Virus record (IMG/VR): IMGVR_UViG_3300034349_000021
Location: 1 to 42,807 of that record
DNA: 42,807 bases
From: a virus
Taxonomy: Duplodnaviria; Caudoviricetes
Direction: 5' to 3' (one strand)
Shown: in pieces, positions 33,419 to 41,078 of the stretch
Numbering within the stretch: position 1 is the first letter of the stretch
Layout of the letters: each line of letters begins with the position of its first letter
The notes under the pieces: generated by a model
What the model was told of the DNA's origin: nothing
The model's database searches: none
What the model saw: only the letters and a program-made list of their open reading frames with translations
Position numbers and translations under genes: made by a program

Positions 33419-34998
33419 CGCTCACCAGCCCGTACCCAGTTGAACGTCAATCCAGCAAGCGACCAAGCGCCGTCCATCTCACTTTCAATACGAATGCAAG
33501 CCAGCCGTCCTGTCACTCTTGGGCAGAAGTGGTTATCTATGCCTAACTCAAATTGGTACGGCCCATCCCAGCGAACTGGGCTATTGAGCTCGTCCATGCC
33601 TCCTGCATAGAAGTTGACTGTGCCATAGCCCAGAACTTCGGGCCAAACTTCAGTCAGCATTACTACGCCGTCTGCGCCCTCGATAGCCATGCCAACACGC
33701 TCAGCTGCGCAGTACTTTACACGGCCTAAGCTGTCTGTATTAACTAGCGCGCCAAGACTGGCCCACCATTGCGTGTCTGCCTCATTGCTTTCAAGAACTA
33801 GTAGATCAGGAGTCGACGGCTGGTAAACACCCTTATTCCAAGAACCTTGGTTTTGCTGATCCCAAGGCATGCCAGGTTTAAAGGCGCCGCTGCCGCCACT
33901 TGACGGAGTACCAAGTTGATCCCATTGAAGGCCGCTTGAATAAGACACCAGCGCGGTAAGCAATGACGTTGCATTGTTAAGCTTACGCCTGCCCCAGGTA
34001 TCTTGCTCCCAGTCATATGTAAAAGCGAATGAAAAGTTATTGTTGCTGTCCGCTGAAACGCCGCAAACGTATAGCGTGCTAGTAGGTTGGTGTACAAAAA
34101 GCCTTGTGCGCTCCCAGTACTCTTCGCTTATAGCATTAAATAGCGCTTTGCGAATCCTGCCATCGACGATAGATTTAGAGCTGTTACCGTCGAAGAACAC
34201 AAGATCTGAAGTTGTGCAAATAACAACGCCACCTTGCATTTCAGCAAAGCCATGCTCAAGTCGGGTGCCAATGTTTCCTTTCAGTCGTGTGATCTGCATG
34301 ACGTATTGCCCGCCAATCCAGTTCATGGCGTATACCGCGTCTTCCTTTACTATCCATAACGCGTCGCGAACCAGACACGCACCGACTATCTTGCCCGAGG
34401 TTTCCCCAAGGAGGTCGTCTCCCGCGTCGTTTGCTGCTGTGGGTAACCACTCTACAGGCAGCTCCCCCTCTGCAGCTGAGTTACTCCAACGTACTTTATA
34501 AAAGTATGAGTCAGTGCCCTCAGTCATTCCAAGAGCCACTAGGTAGTACTTATAAGCGCAAAGCTGGCGACACCGCCAGGCTGGGTCCCAGCCAGGAAGA
34601 ATCTCTAGCTTGTGCGTGGGTCCTTGCCAGTAGAAGGCACCGCTGCTTGCGCTGTTCACTACTAACACGCCGTTTAGGTCAGCAAACGAGACGTGACCGC
34701 CAGTAAACGGTACAGTAGGCGTGATGTCTTCGTGCAAGCCGTCAAACGTATAGGCGTGTACAAACAGGCCATCAGAGACAAGCAGATAGTTTACTGAACC
34801 GTTGATAGTGAAAGTTTTACTGTGAACTGGCCGTATTGCAAAATTAAAAAGTTTGAACTCACCACTTACTGTTCTAACTTCGCCGTTTTTGAAGTAGCAG
34901 TTGTTGACGTTAGTCCACGCGTCGAATGGCGTCGATGTTACTACTGGATCTGTAATAAGACCGAGCTTGCCAAGTGCCGTTAATCGCTGTCTGCTCAT
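33415..34998 (-). CDS. Tail nozzle / head-closure protein (P22 gp10 / T7 gp12-like)
   Basis: About 527 aa, beta-rich; G...D......AWT...N, VRWS, W.PT..NDAGD..L, RVTGR...R.ES motifs. Confidence 0.75.
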   Translation of the reverse strand: MSRQRLTALGKLGLITDPVVTSTPFDAWTNVNNCYFKNGEVRTVSGEFKLFNFAIRPVHSKTFTINGSVNYLLVSDGLFVHAYTFDGLHEDITPTVPFTGGHVSFADLNGVLVVNSASSGAFYWQGPTHKLEILPGWDPAWRCRQLCAYKYYLVALGMTEGTDSYFYKVRWSNSAAEGELPVEWLPTAANDAGDDLLGETSGKIVGACLVRDALWIVKEDAVYAMNWIGGQYVMQITRLKGNIGTRLEHGFAEMQGGVVICTTSDLVFFDGNSSKSIVDGRIRKALFNAISEEYWERTRLFVHQPTSTLYVCGVSADSNNNFSFAFTYDWEQDTWGRRKLNNATSLLTALVSYSSGLQWDQLGTPSSGGSGAFKPGMPWDQQNQGSWNKGVYQPSTPDLLVLESNEADTQWWASLGALVNTDSLGRVKYCAAERVGMAIEGADGVVMLTEVWPEVLGYGTVNFYAGGMDELNSPVRWDGPYQFELGIDNHFCPRVTGRLACIRIESEMDGAWSLAGLTFNWVRAGER

Positions 34999-35231
34999 TT
35001 GCACTCCCCGCACCTGTTAGTAGCAACCTCTACTTCGTCAGCGTTGCTCTTGTTCCATTCAGGATCTCTCACGTCGTATTTTTGTGGCGTAGGCATGGCT
35101 GGAGCAAGACAACCCACAGACGTAGAGCAAGGAGTGGCCCTGCCGGCAATGGCAAAGCATGCAACAGACGTTTGCCTAAACTTGATGATCCAGTCGTCAG
35201 TCGGGCACTCGCTTACGTTAGTCCAAGGCAT
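34995..35231 (-). CDS. Small hypothetical protein
   Basis: 78 aa, coupled to both neighbours. Confidence 0.55.
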   Translation of the reverse strand: MPWTNVSECPTDDWIIKFRQTSVACFAIAGRATPCSTSVGCLAPAMPTPQKYDVRDPEWNKSNADEVEVATNRCGECK

Positions 35232-35809
35232 TATTGCATACTAGGGGTTGCTGCAATGTTCTGACCCCACCCCTGGGCTTGGAGGCTCATCAGCCTCTCG
35301 CCAAACGCAGCAGCCCATAACGCGAGCCGATCATCATCCTTCAAGTATACGGCCAGCTCTTTTAGCAAGCCATAGACGTAGACATCAGCAAAGAAGCGTG
35401 CAACCCAGTTGGTGTCAGTCGGTAGAAGCAAAGGACACAATGAAGCAAAGTAGTCAATAATAAACGTTGCCGGCTCACTCACAGGAAGGTTTAATTCGAG
35501 TGCCACACCGCGATTTACATATCCGCGAGTCTGTGTGCCTACGATACCGGAATTAGGCGTGTACTCTTTCCAAACAGTATCTGCAGGACAGCGTAGCACT
35601 AGCAGCTGCATCATGTCGGCTGGCAATGGCAATCTACTTGTGCCGGCGACCAACGAATACTCAGCAGTCAATAAGTTTCGTGGATGCTCACGTAAAGCAC
35701 GATTGAGCTCGCCCTCCACAACCCCAGTCAACAGCACTAGGTCGGGATCTGGCAGTGTCGGCCTATTAGAGTACAGCTTTACTGCGTTAAAAATATCAGT
35801 CCTATTCAT
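35231..35809 (-). CDS. Head-tail adaptor protein
   Basis: E..LNR.LR, LP.D, TNW....F.DVY.YG.L.E...YLKDD.R...W motif of podovirus adaptors. Confidence 0.8.
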   Translation of the reverse strand: MNRTDIFNAVKLYSNRPTLPDPDLVLLTGVVEGELNRALREHPRNLLTAEYSLVAGTSRLPLPADMMQLLVLRCPADTVWKEYTPNSGIVGTQTRGYVNRGVALELNLPVSEPATFIIDYFASLCPLLLPTDTNWVARFFADVYVYGLLKELAVYLKDDDRLALWAAAFGERLMSLQAQGWGQNIAATPSMQ

Positions 35810-36060
35810 GACGACAAATCCTTATGCGTGAGCAACGTCCCAAGGGTGGCGTTCCCGGCCAGCATAGACTCACGGAAGCTGTCAACGCTTGCCGCCGTCT
35901 GGCGCTGCTGCTGGCTATTTTCGATAAGCAGGATTGGTATCCAGGCAATGGCACACCCCTGCTGGTCGATCTCCTGCCCAGACTGCGGGTGTACTCCGCG
36001 CAACTGGACATTCCATAGACAAGACGGGCATTTGTGACCAAGGGGACAAGTCTTATCCAT
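35806..36060 (-). CDS. Conserved Cys-rich protein next to the tail fibre gene
   Basis: CPL...C.W...RG..PQ.G..ID..GCAIAW.P.LLIENSQQ.R.T.A...SFR. Confidence 0.75.
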   Translation of the reverse strand: MDKTCPLGHKCPSCLWNVQLRGVHPQSGQEIDQQGCAIAWIPILLIENSQQQRQTAASVDSFRESMLAGNATLGTLLTHKDLSS

Positions 36061-36827
36061 TACACACGCTCACAAAGAATGACATCCAGGTACCGTGGCG
36101 ACCACGACGCCGCGCCAACATTATTGTTTGCTGGCACGCTAAATGGGTGTGTATGACCTGCTTCAGGAGCACCTGTGCGGCCAGATACCGAGTGGGCATG
36201 GTCAGCGCTTTGCCCACTTGTAATGAAGCTGTGCTGATGCGCTATAGAGGTCTGGCCGGTAACACCGCCGCTGAGAGCGTATCCGGCGCCAGATTGCACA
36301 CCGAACCCGCCTGAGACACTGACACCATTAACATGACTGTGCGCTGCGTCTCCTACGTTAGTAGTGCCACTGTGCGTATGATTGACACTAGCACCAGTGG
36401 TTAGTATACTAATACCGTGGGTGTGACCTGCGGCCTCGACAGCGGTAGTACCAGTTTGCACACCATGATTGTGTGCCGCTACCTTGCTATTAACAACAGG
36501 GTCGTCAGTACCACCAGACACACCGCCCGGGTCGAGGGTGGCAACCACTCTAAGGCAGTTAGTGGCCAACAACCCAACTACACGCTGCCAGCCGACTGGT
36601 GGCGCAGCCATGTAGAAGACAGTACGAGTTCCAACAGGTACCACGCCTCTGTTGAGCTGATCTTGCGTTAAAGTAATGGGCCCAGTGACATTTGGAAATG
36701 TACGCTTAAGTACGTTCTTAATGCCGCGGATATGGTTGTCGCCAGCATCAGGCAAGTCGCTTCCGGCCGGCCAGTCAGCGTTAAGCGCGTCTATACTTTT
36801 TGCGCCGACAAGATCTTCAAGTGGCAT
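36060..36827 (-). CDS. Tail fibre protein
   Basis: I..LN..WP...D....GD.HIR.IK.VLK.TFPN N-terminus, P.GW collar, multiple HxH repeats, PRY.DVI.C end; SD before ATG 36827. Confidence 0.8.
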   Translation of the reverse strand: MPLEDLVGAKSIDALNADWPAGSDLPDAGDNHIRGIKNVLKRTFPNVTGPITLTQDQLNRGVVPVGTRTVFYMAAPPVGWQRVVGLLATNCLRVVATLDPGGVSGGTDDPVVNSKVAAHNHGVQTGTTAVEAAGHTHGISILTTGASVNHTHSGTTNVGDAAHSHVNGVSVSGGFGVQSGAGYALSGGVTGQTSIAHQHSFITSGQSADHAHSVSGRTGAPEAGHTHPFSVPANNNVGAASWSPRYLDVILCERV

Positions 36828-36828
36828 G

Positions 36829-37200
36829 TTAACAACCTCTCCAGCGGGCGTATCCTTTGCGCACATCTATGTGCGTAAATGTCTGGTATGACCCAATGCC
36901 GTACTTCATTGGATATTTTTTGTGCAGATAAGCTTGCACTTGCTGAGGGCTCGCTCCTACCACACGGATGTCAGCAGCTGTTCCAAGAAGGTGCTGACTA
37001 TGCTTCGCCCCTCCCACGCGAGCATTATGCTCAGGGCAACGATACCCAGACATAACCACGACCCCAGAATCATTAAAATGAATTCTGATATCCTCCAGAA
37101 TAGCCAGTAACGACGGCGGAGTTCCTCTAGGCGAGCTTTTACCACAGTGATTACACGTAAACTCTTCGGCAAGGAAGTTCTCGCTAATTCTAGTGGCCAC
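36829..37200 (-). CDS. Endolysin, peptidase M15 family
   Basis: F...EF.C..CG, SGYRC..HN..VGGA..SQH..G.AADI, G.G.Y..F.HID.R; GTG 37200 with SD AAGGA. Confidence 0.88.
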   Translation of the reverse strand: MATRISENFLAEEFTCNHCGKSSPRGTPPSLLAILEDIRIHFNDSGVVVMSGYRCPEHNARVGGAKHSQHLLGTAADIRVVGASPQQVQAYLHKKYPMKYGIGSYQTFTHIDVRKGYARWRGC

Positions 37201-37202
37201 TG

Positions 37203-37568
37203 TTAGTGTCCTTTTATGAACGCGTAGATTTCTTCGCGATACGCCCAGGCCGAGGCGGCCAATGCCCCGAGACCAGCCGCCGATGCTGCCCACAGTTTGA
37301 CAGCAAGATATTTCATTGTTCCCTTCTCGCGCTCAGAGTCTACCAAATGAGCAAAGTGTGACTCTGATAGCTTCTCTAACTTTGCCTCCACTGTGCGCTC
37401 TATACGTTCAATAGAATTGTTGAGCGTATTCATGGCGCTTGTATTGGCGTTCATTGCGGCCACAGTGGCCTTGTGGGCGTCATGAAGGCCTTTTACTTCA
37501 TCCTCCACAAGCGCCAGCCTTTCGCTCAGGTTTGTGAGTGAGTAATGCTTAATTGCTTCGTCGCTCAT
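37203..37568 (-). CDS. Putative holin / lysis membrane protein
   Basis: Coiled coil plus a single C-terminal hydrophobic helix; directly upstream of the endolysin. Confidence 0.55.
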   Translation of the reverse strand: MSDEAIKHYSLTNLSERLALVEDEVKGLHDAHKATVAAMNANTSAMNTLNNSIERIERTVEAKLEKLSESHFAHLVDSEREKGTMKYLAVKLWAASAAGLGALAASAWAYREEIYAFIKGH

Positions 37569-37583
37569 GACATGCTCTATTGC

Positions 37584-38456
37584 TTATATGCGAACACTCT
37601 GAATGGCCTCGCCATTGACCACACACCAGATAAGATCGTTTTGCGCTACGATGGTCATGCTGTCCATCATCACTTGGGGATAAGCCCAGATGTGCTGCTT
37701 GGCTATGTTGAACAGCAGGTTGTTTTGCATATTGCCAAAGGTACGCGCCCAGATCAACTTGCGCTGCTCAACGGGCTGCTCAGGAAACACACAACCGGCC
37801 AAATACTGGATTTTGTCTGGCGGGTAGTTCAGCGTGTAAAGCGGGTAATCCATTGCTTTGTACGTGCTGAGCATGTCGTTAGCAATGATCCAGTCATACG
37901 CCTCGGTCATGATGAAGTCAAGGCTAGGGTACTTGTACTGCTCATTAGGCAGATTGATGTCTCGCATGATGCCCATGTCTGGATCATCAATAGTAGGCAG
38001 AAACACCAACGCAGTGACTTTGGCATTGGGCAATGCAGCTTTGATCGCGTCCCGGCACCCAAGGACAGAATTCCCAAGGGAGAGCTTGAGGAACGCCCGC
38101 ATCTCGTCGTATGGTGAGCCAGTCTCGAGGTCCGCTTCTAGGACGGTCCCGAAGTCTACCATATACAGAGCAGGGTACGCTGCGTGGAAAGCATTGCGTG
38201 TCGGCATGTCGTAGAAGCACGGCTTCTGGGTCGGCGGGTTGACCCACCACCACGGCTCACCCACTTGGAGGTTAACTTCGAGGCCAGCGTCATCAGCCAG
38301 CTGCCCGAACGCAATCAGGCACTCTTGCAAATAAGCCATGGCCTCCGTATTACACGGGCTCATCAAATGGCTAGTCGGAGTATAGCCAGTAGCACTGGGG
38401 TTACCATCCCAATCACGTTGGATCCAATCGCCTACAGTTAGTGCTTGTGTTGGCAT
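37584..38456 (-). CDS. C-terminal half of a TIM-barrel tail protein (non-contractile tail sheath-like family)
   Basis: DW.QR..DG....TGY.P.S.L.SP....AMAYL, QVGEPWWW, PC.YD, EAYDW, YLAG.V, WA.PQ...D. Confidence 0.7.
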   Translation of the reverse strand: MPTQALTVGDWIQRDWDGNPSATGYTPTSHLMSPCNTEAMAYLQECLIAFGQLADDAGLEVNLQVGEPWWWVNPPTQKPCFYDMPTRNAFHAAYPALYMVDFGTVLEADLETGSPYDEMRAFLKLSLGNSVLGCRDAIKAALPNAKVTALVFLPTIDDPDMGIMRDINLPNEQYKYPSLDFIMTEAYDWIIANDMLSTYKAMDYPLYTLNYPPDKIQYLAGCVFPEQPVEQRKLIWARTFGNMQNNLLFNIAKQHIWAYPQVMMDSMTIVAQNDLIWCVVNGEAIQSVRI

Positions 38457-38458
38457 GA

Positions 38459-40144
38459 TTAATGAACCAACTCTATTAGTTTGAATGTAATTGGGAGACC
38501 GAGAGTTACCTGAGTAGTAGCGTCTCTAGCAAACACAAAGACAGACGCTATCTGCAAGCCGACTTCGGCAGGAAGTGGCACGGTTACTTCACACTCTTGG
38601 GCAACTAAGTAGCCGTTAGCGGCACCTGGAGCGTCAGTAGCGTTTTGGTGCCAAGCGATAGCTCCTGTGCCGGTACGATAGCCATACCACCATACTGAGC
38701 GTGTATCATTAGCATTGAGACCAAAGTTTACTATTACCAAAAGGTAGCTTTTAGTGGCAGGTGCCGACTCAAGTAGGAATTTCAGATGCAGTCCATTCCA
38801 ACTGCTACTTACTGTAGTCCACCAACTTGCACGTTCTGCTCTGCATACAAATGCAGTTTGTGTCGGAGTAGCGCCTGGATAAAGCGCTGTACCGTCATAT
38901 CTAATCCATAGTGTGCCGTCATCAAGCCCTGTCGGAGAGCCATCACCAGATCCTGGAACAAAAGCCCAATGATCTTTGACGGGAGAGTTAGTTACCCAGT
39001 TGGAAGGCGCATAGCCACTGGGCGGCACGGCTTCCGGTTGCCCAGTTCTTGCATACTCACTAAACATCTCCATGCTGACAGACTGGATGACTTTATATCC
39101 GTATTGTTTAGCAAGGGCCAACAGTGATTGGTGCCATTTAACACACGGAGGGTTAATGAACGCCTTACCATCAGTCGCCTTGGGTAGCAGCATGCACTGG
39201 GCGCCGGAGTTCCAGTAACGGCCTGGGAATGCGCTCATGCCGACGTAATGGTTGATCCAACCACGATAACCCAGCTTGTGAAGATTTTCTACTACCCGCT
39301 GCGGGTTGAGGTCAGACATGTCGTCATAACTGGTGCTCATGCCGATATCATGAATCGGCACCAACGGAATGTTGAGCGTCAGTTTAGAGTTACTGCCAGT
39401 AACAACGCTGTTAGTAACACGGAAGTATCCGTTCTCTTGCGCTGGCAAAGCATCATCATTAAGTTTGTCATAACCACTAAGATACATGCCGAACAGCAGC
39501 TCGTCAATGTCACCGGCATAAACTGGAACAATCGGATCGAACCCGGCTAACACTGTGTTAAAATCAATAGTAGCAGTGCCTTGCCTGGTAGAGGCCTGCC
39601 CGGAGGGCATGTAGTTTTTAATAGCAATATAGTAGCTGATTGGATCGCCGGCCTCATCACGCCCCTTGAGAGTAAGCACGGCAGCATGCGTGTCTTGATT
39701 AAATACAGGCATCGTGGCCGACAGCTCAATGTCGAATGTCCACACCAAATTCCGATAATCACGATTGGTGGAGTACGCCAACAGAGCGTGATCTTTGGTG
39801 TCTTCCGATGTCCACATGACGCCGGAGAAATCACTGTATCGCCGGGAAGTGAAATCGCCTTGGAAACCGTTCAAATACGACGTAACACAGAAACTCATAG
39901 AGCGAGGACCGTCAGCCCTCCAATAGCGGCGATCGAATCGATCAATCTCTACAGTTGTTGAGTTGGGTAAGTATGCCTGGTACAGCGGATAATTATGGGT
40001 GTGGCCAACCGCCGCCGCCCCAATATTATCTAGCGCCTCTTCTGGAGTTTTGGCCCCATCAAAAACGCCGAATGCAATATCGTCGACAGCATTTAACCAC
40101 TTGGCACAAATGGTTGTTTCGTAGTCTACGAATTTAGGCGGCAT
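38459..40144 (-). CDS. Tail spike-like protein: fibre anchor, N-terminal half of the same TIM-barrel family, and an unrelated ~190-aa tail
   Basis: F.D..T.I.A.WLN anchor; RFD.RYW...PR.M, W.SED..DH.LLAY.T.RDY, T.YDD....P.R....LGYRG.INHYVGMS, SVS.E.F. Confidence 0.7.
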   Translation of the reverse strand: MPPKFVDYETTICAKWLNAVDDIAFGVFDGAKTPEEALDNIGAAAVGHTHNYPLYQAYLPNSTTVEIDRFDRRYWRADGPRSMSFCVTSYLNGFQGDFTSRRYSDFSGVMWTSEDTKDHALLAYSTNRDYRNLVWTFDIELSATMPVFNQDTHAAVLTLKGRDEAGDPISYYIAIKNYMPSGQASTRQGTATIDFNTVLAGFDPIVPVYAGDIDELLFGMYLSGYDKLNDDALPAQENGYFRVTNSVVTGSNSKLTLNIPLVPIHDIGMSTSYDDMSDLNPQRVVENLHKLGYRGWINHYVGMSAFPGRYWNSGAQCMLLPKATDGKAFINPPCVKWHQSLLALAKQYGYKVIQSVSMEMFSEYARTGQPEAVPPSGYAPSNWVTNSPVKDHWAFVPGSGDGSPTGLDDGTLWIRYDGTALYPGATPTQTAFVCRAERASWWTTVSSSWNGLHLKFLLESAPATKSYLLVIVNFGLNANDTRSVWWYGYRTGTGAIAWHQNATDAPGAANGYLVAQECEVTVPLPAEVGLQIASVFVFARDATTQVTLGLPITFKLIELVH

Positions 40145-40146
40145 AG

Positions 40147-40647
40147 TTAAACTCTAACAGCCCGCATTTGAGCGCTGTATATTGTCAAGGTAGCTGCACC
40201 AGAAGCCTTAACTGCCAAGGCAAAGGTGTTGCCCTCGACTAACTCGCCTACTCCAGTAATAACAAACTGGGAGAACTTGTTAGCTAGCACATCGACTTTT
40301 GCTTTGAACGGAGTAATGGCGCCATTTTTAGACAGCGCTAACTCAAGCGCTCCAGCGCCAGGACTGGAAAAGCTCACGACAACGTCAATGCTATATAACC
40401 CATCAGCTCCAGAGCCCACGGTAACAATACCACCCGCAGCTGACAAGCCTTTGGTACCAGCTGCTCCGTTAAACGCGGTGAACGGACCCCATGCCGTAGT
40501 AACAGCCTGAGTAAGATCGTTACCGTAGAGCGTTCCACCAACGCCTACCAGTGACTCCAGCAAATCACGTAGTGATGCTGGAGTAATGGCACGGGTCTGG
40601 TTATCGACAAACATCTCCGCGATAACCGCTTGCGTTTTGATGCTCAC
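40147..40647 (-). CDS. Virion structural protein
   Basis: 166 aa; F.DN....ITP..LRD N-terminus followed by a beta-rich (C1q-like) body. Confidence 0.65.
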   Translation of the reverse strand: MSIKTQAVIAEMFVDNQTRAITPASLRDLLESLVGVGGTLYGNDLTQAVTTAWGPFTAFNGAAGTKGLSAAGGIVTVGSGADGLYSIDVVVSFSSPGAGALELALSKNGAITPFKAKVDVLANKFSQFVITGVGELVEGNTFALAVKASGAATLTIYSAQMRAVRV

Positions 40648-41078
40648 TGGAAGCCTCCGCTAAAACCGTTAGAGAAAGACCCAGCAAACCTGCGGTTTGC
40701 TTGCCCAAGGAAGACATGACCCCAGTTTGGATGGTCTATTGTAGCAGGAGTAACGCCAGTGACTTCGCCTTCTTCGTCTACTACGCTGTGCTCTTTCATC
40801 AGCAACAAAATCTCTGACGGATCAGTTGGCCACACCTCTTGGGAGTCTATCCCGGTCCCCTGTTCCCAAGCATAGGCCACGGGGTTACCAAGGGCGCGTA
40901 TCAACGCCCCTATCTCACTAATAACACCCACGACATTATATACTGACTGTGCCCAATAACCAGTTACTGCGCTTCTATACGCAGAGTGCCACGTTTCATA
41001 CGGGTCGCCTTCTTGGGGGGTTATAGCGGCCCAGTCATCTGACTCAACCACAATCCACACATCAAGGAGTGGGCTCAC
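40644..41078 (-). CDS. Hypothetical virion-module protein
   Basis: 144 aa, coupled at both ends; ends FAGSFSNGFSGGF. Confidence 0.6.
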   Translation of the reverse strand: MSPLLDVWIVVESDDWAAITPQEGDPYETWHSAYRSAVTGYWAQSVYNVVGVISEIGALIRALGNPVAYAWEQGTGIDSQEVWPTDPSEILLLMKEHSVVDEEGEVTGVTPATIDHPNWGHVFLGQANRRFAGSFSNGFSGGFQ

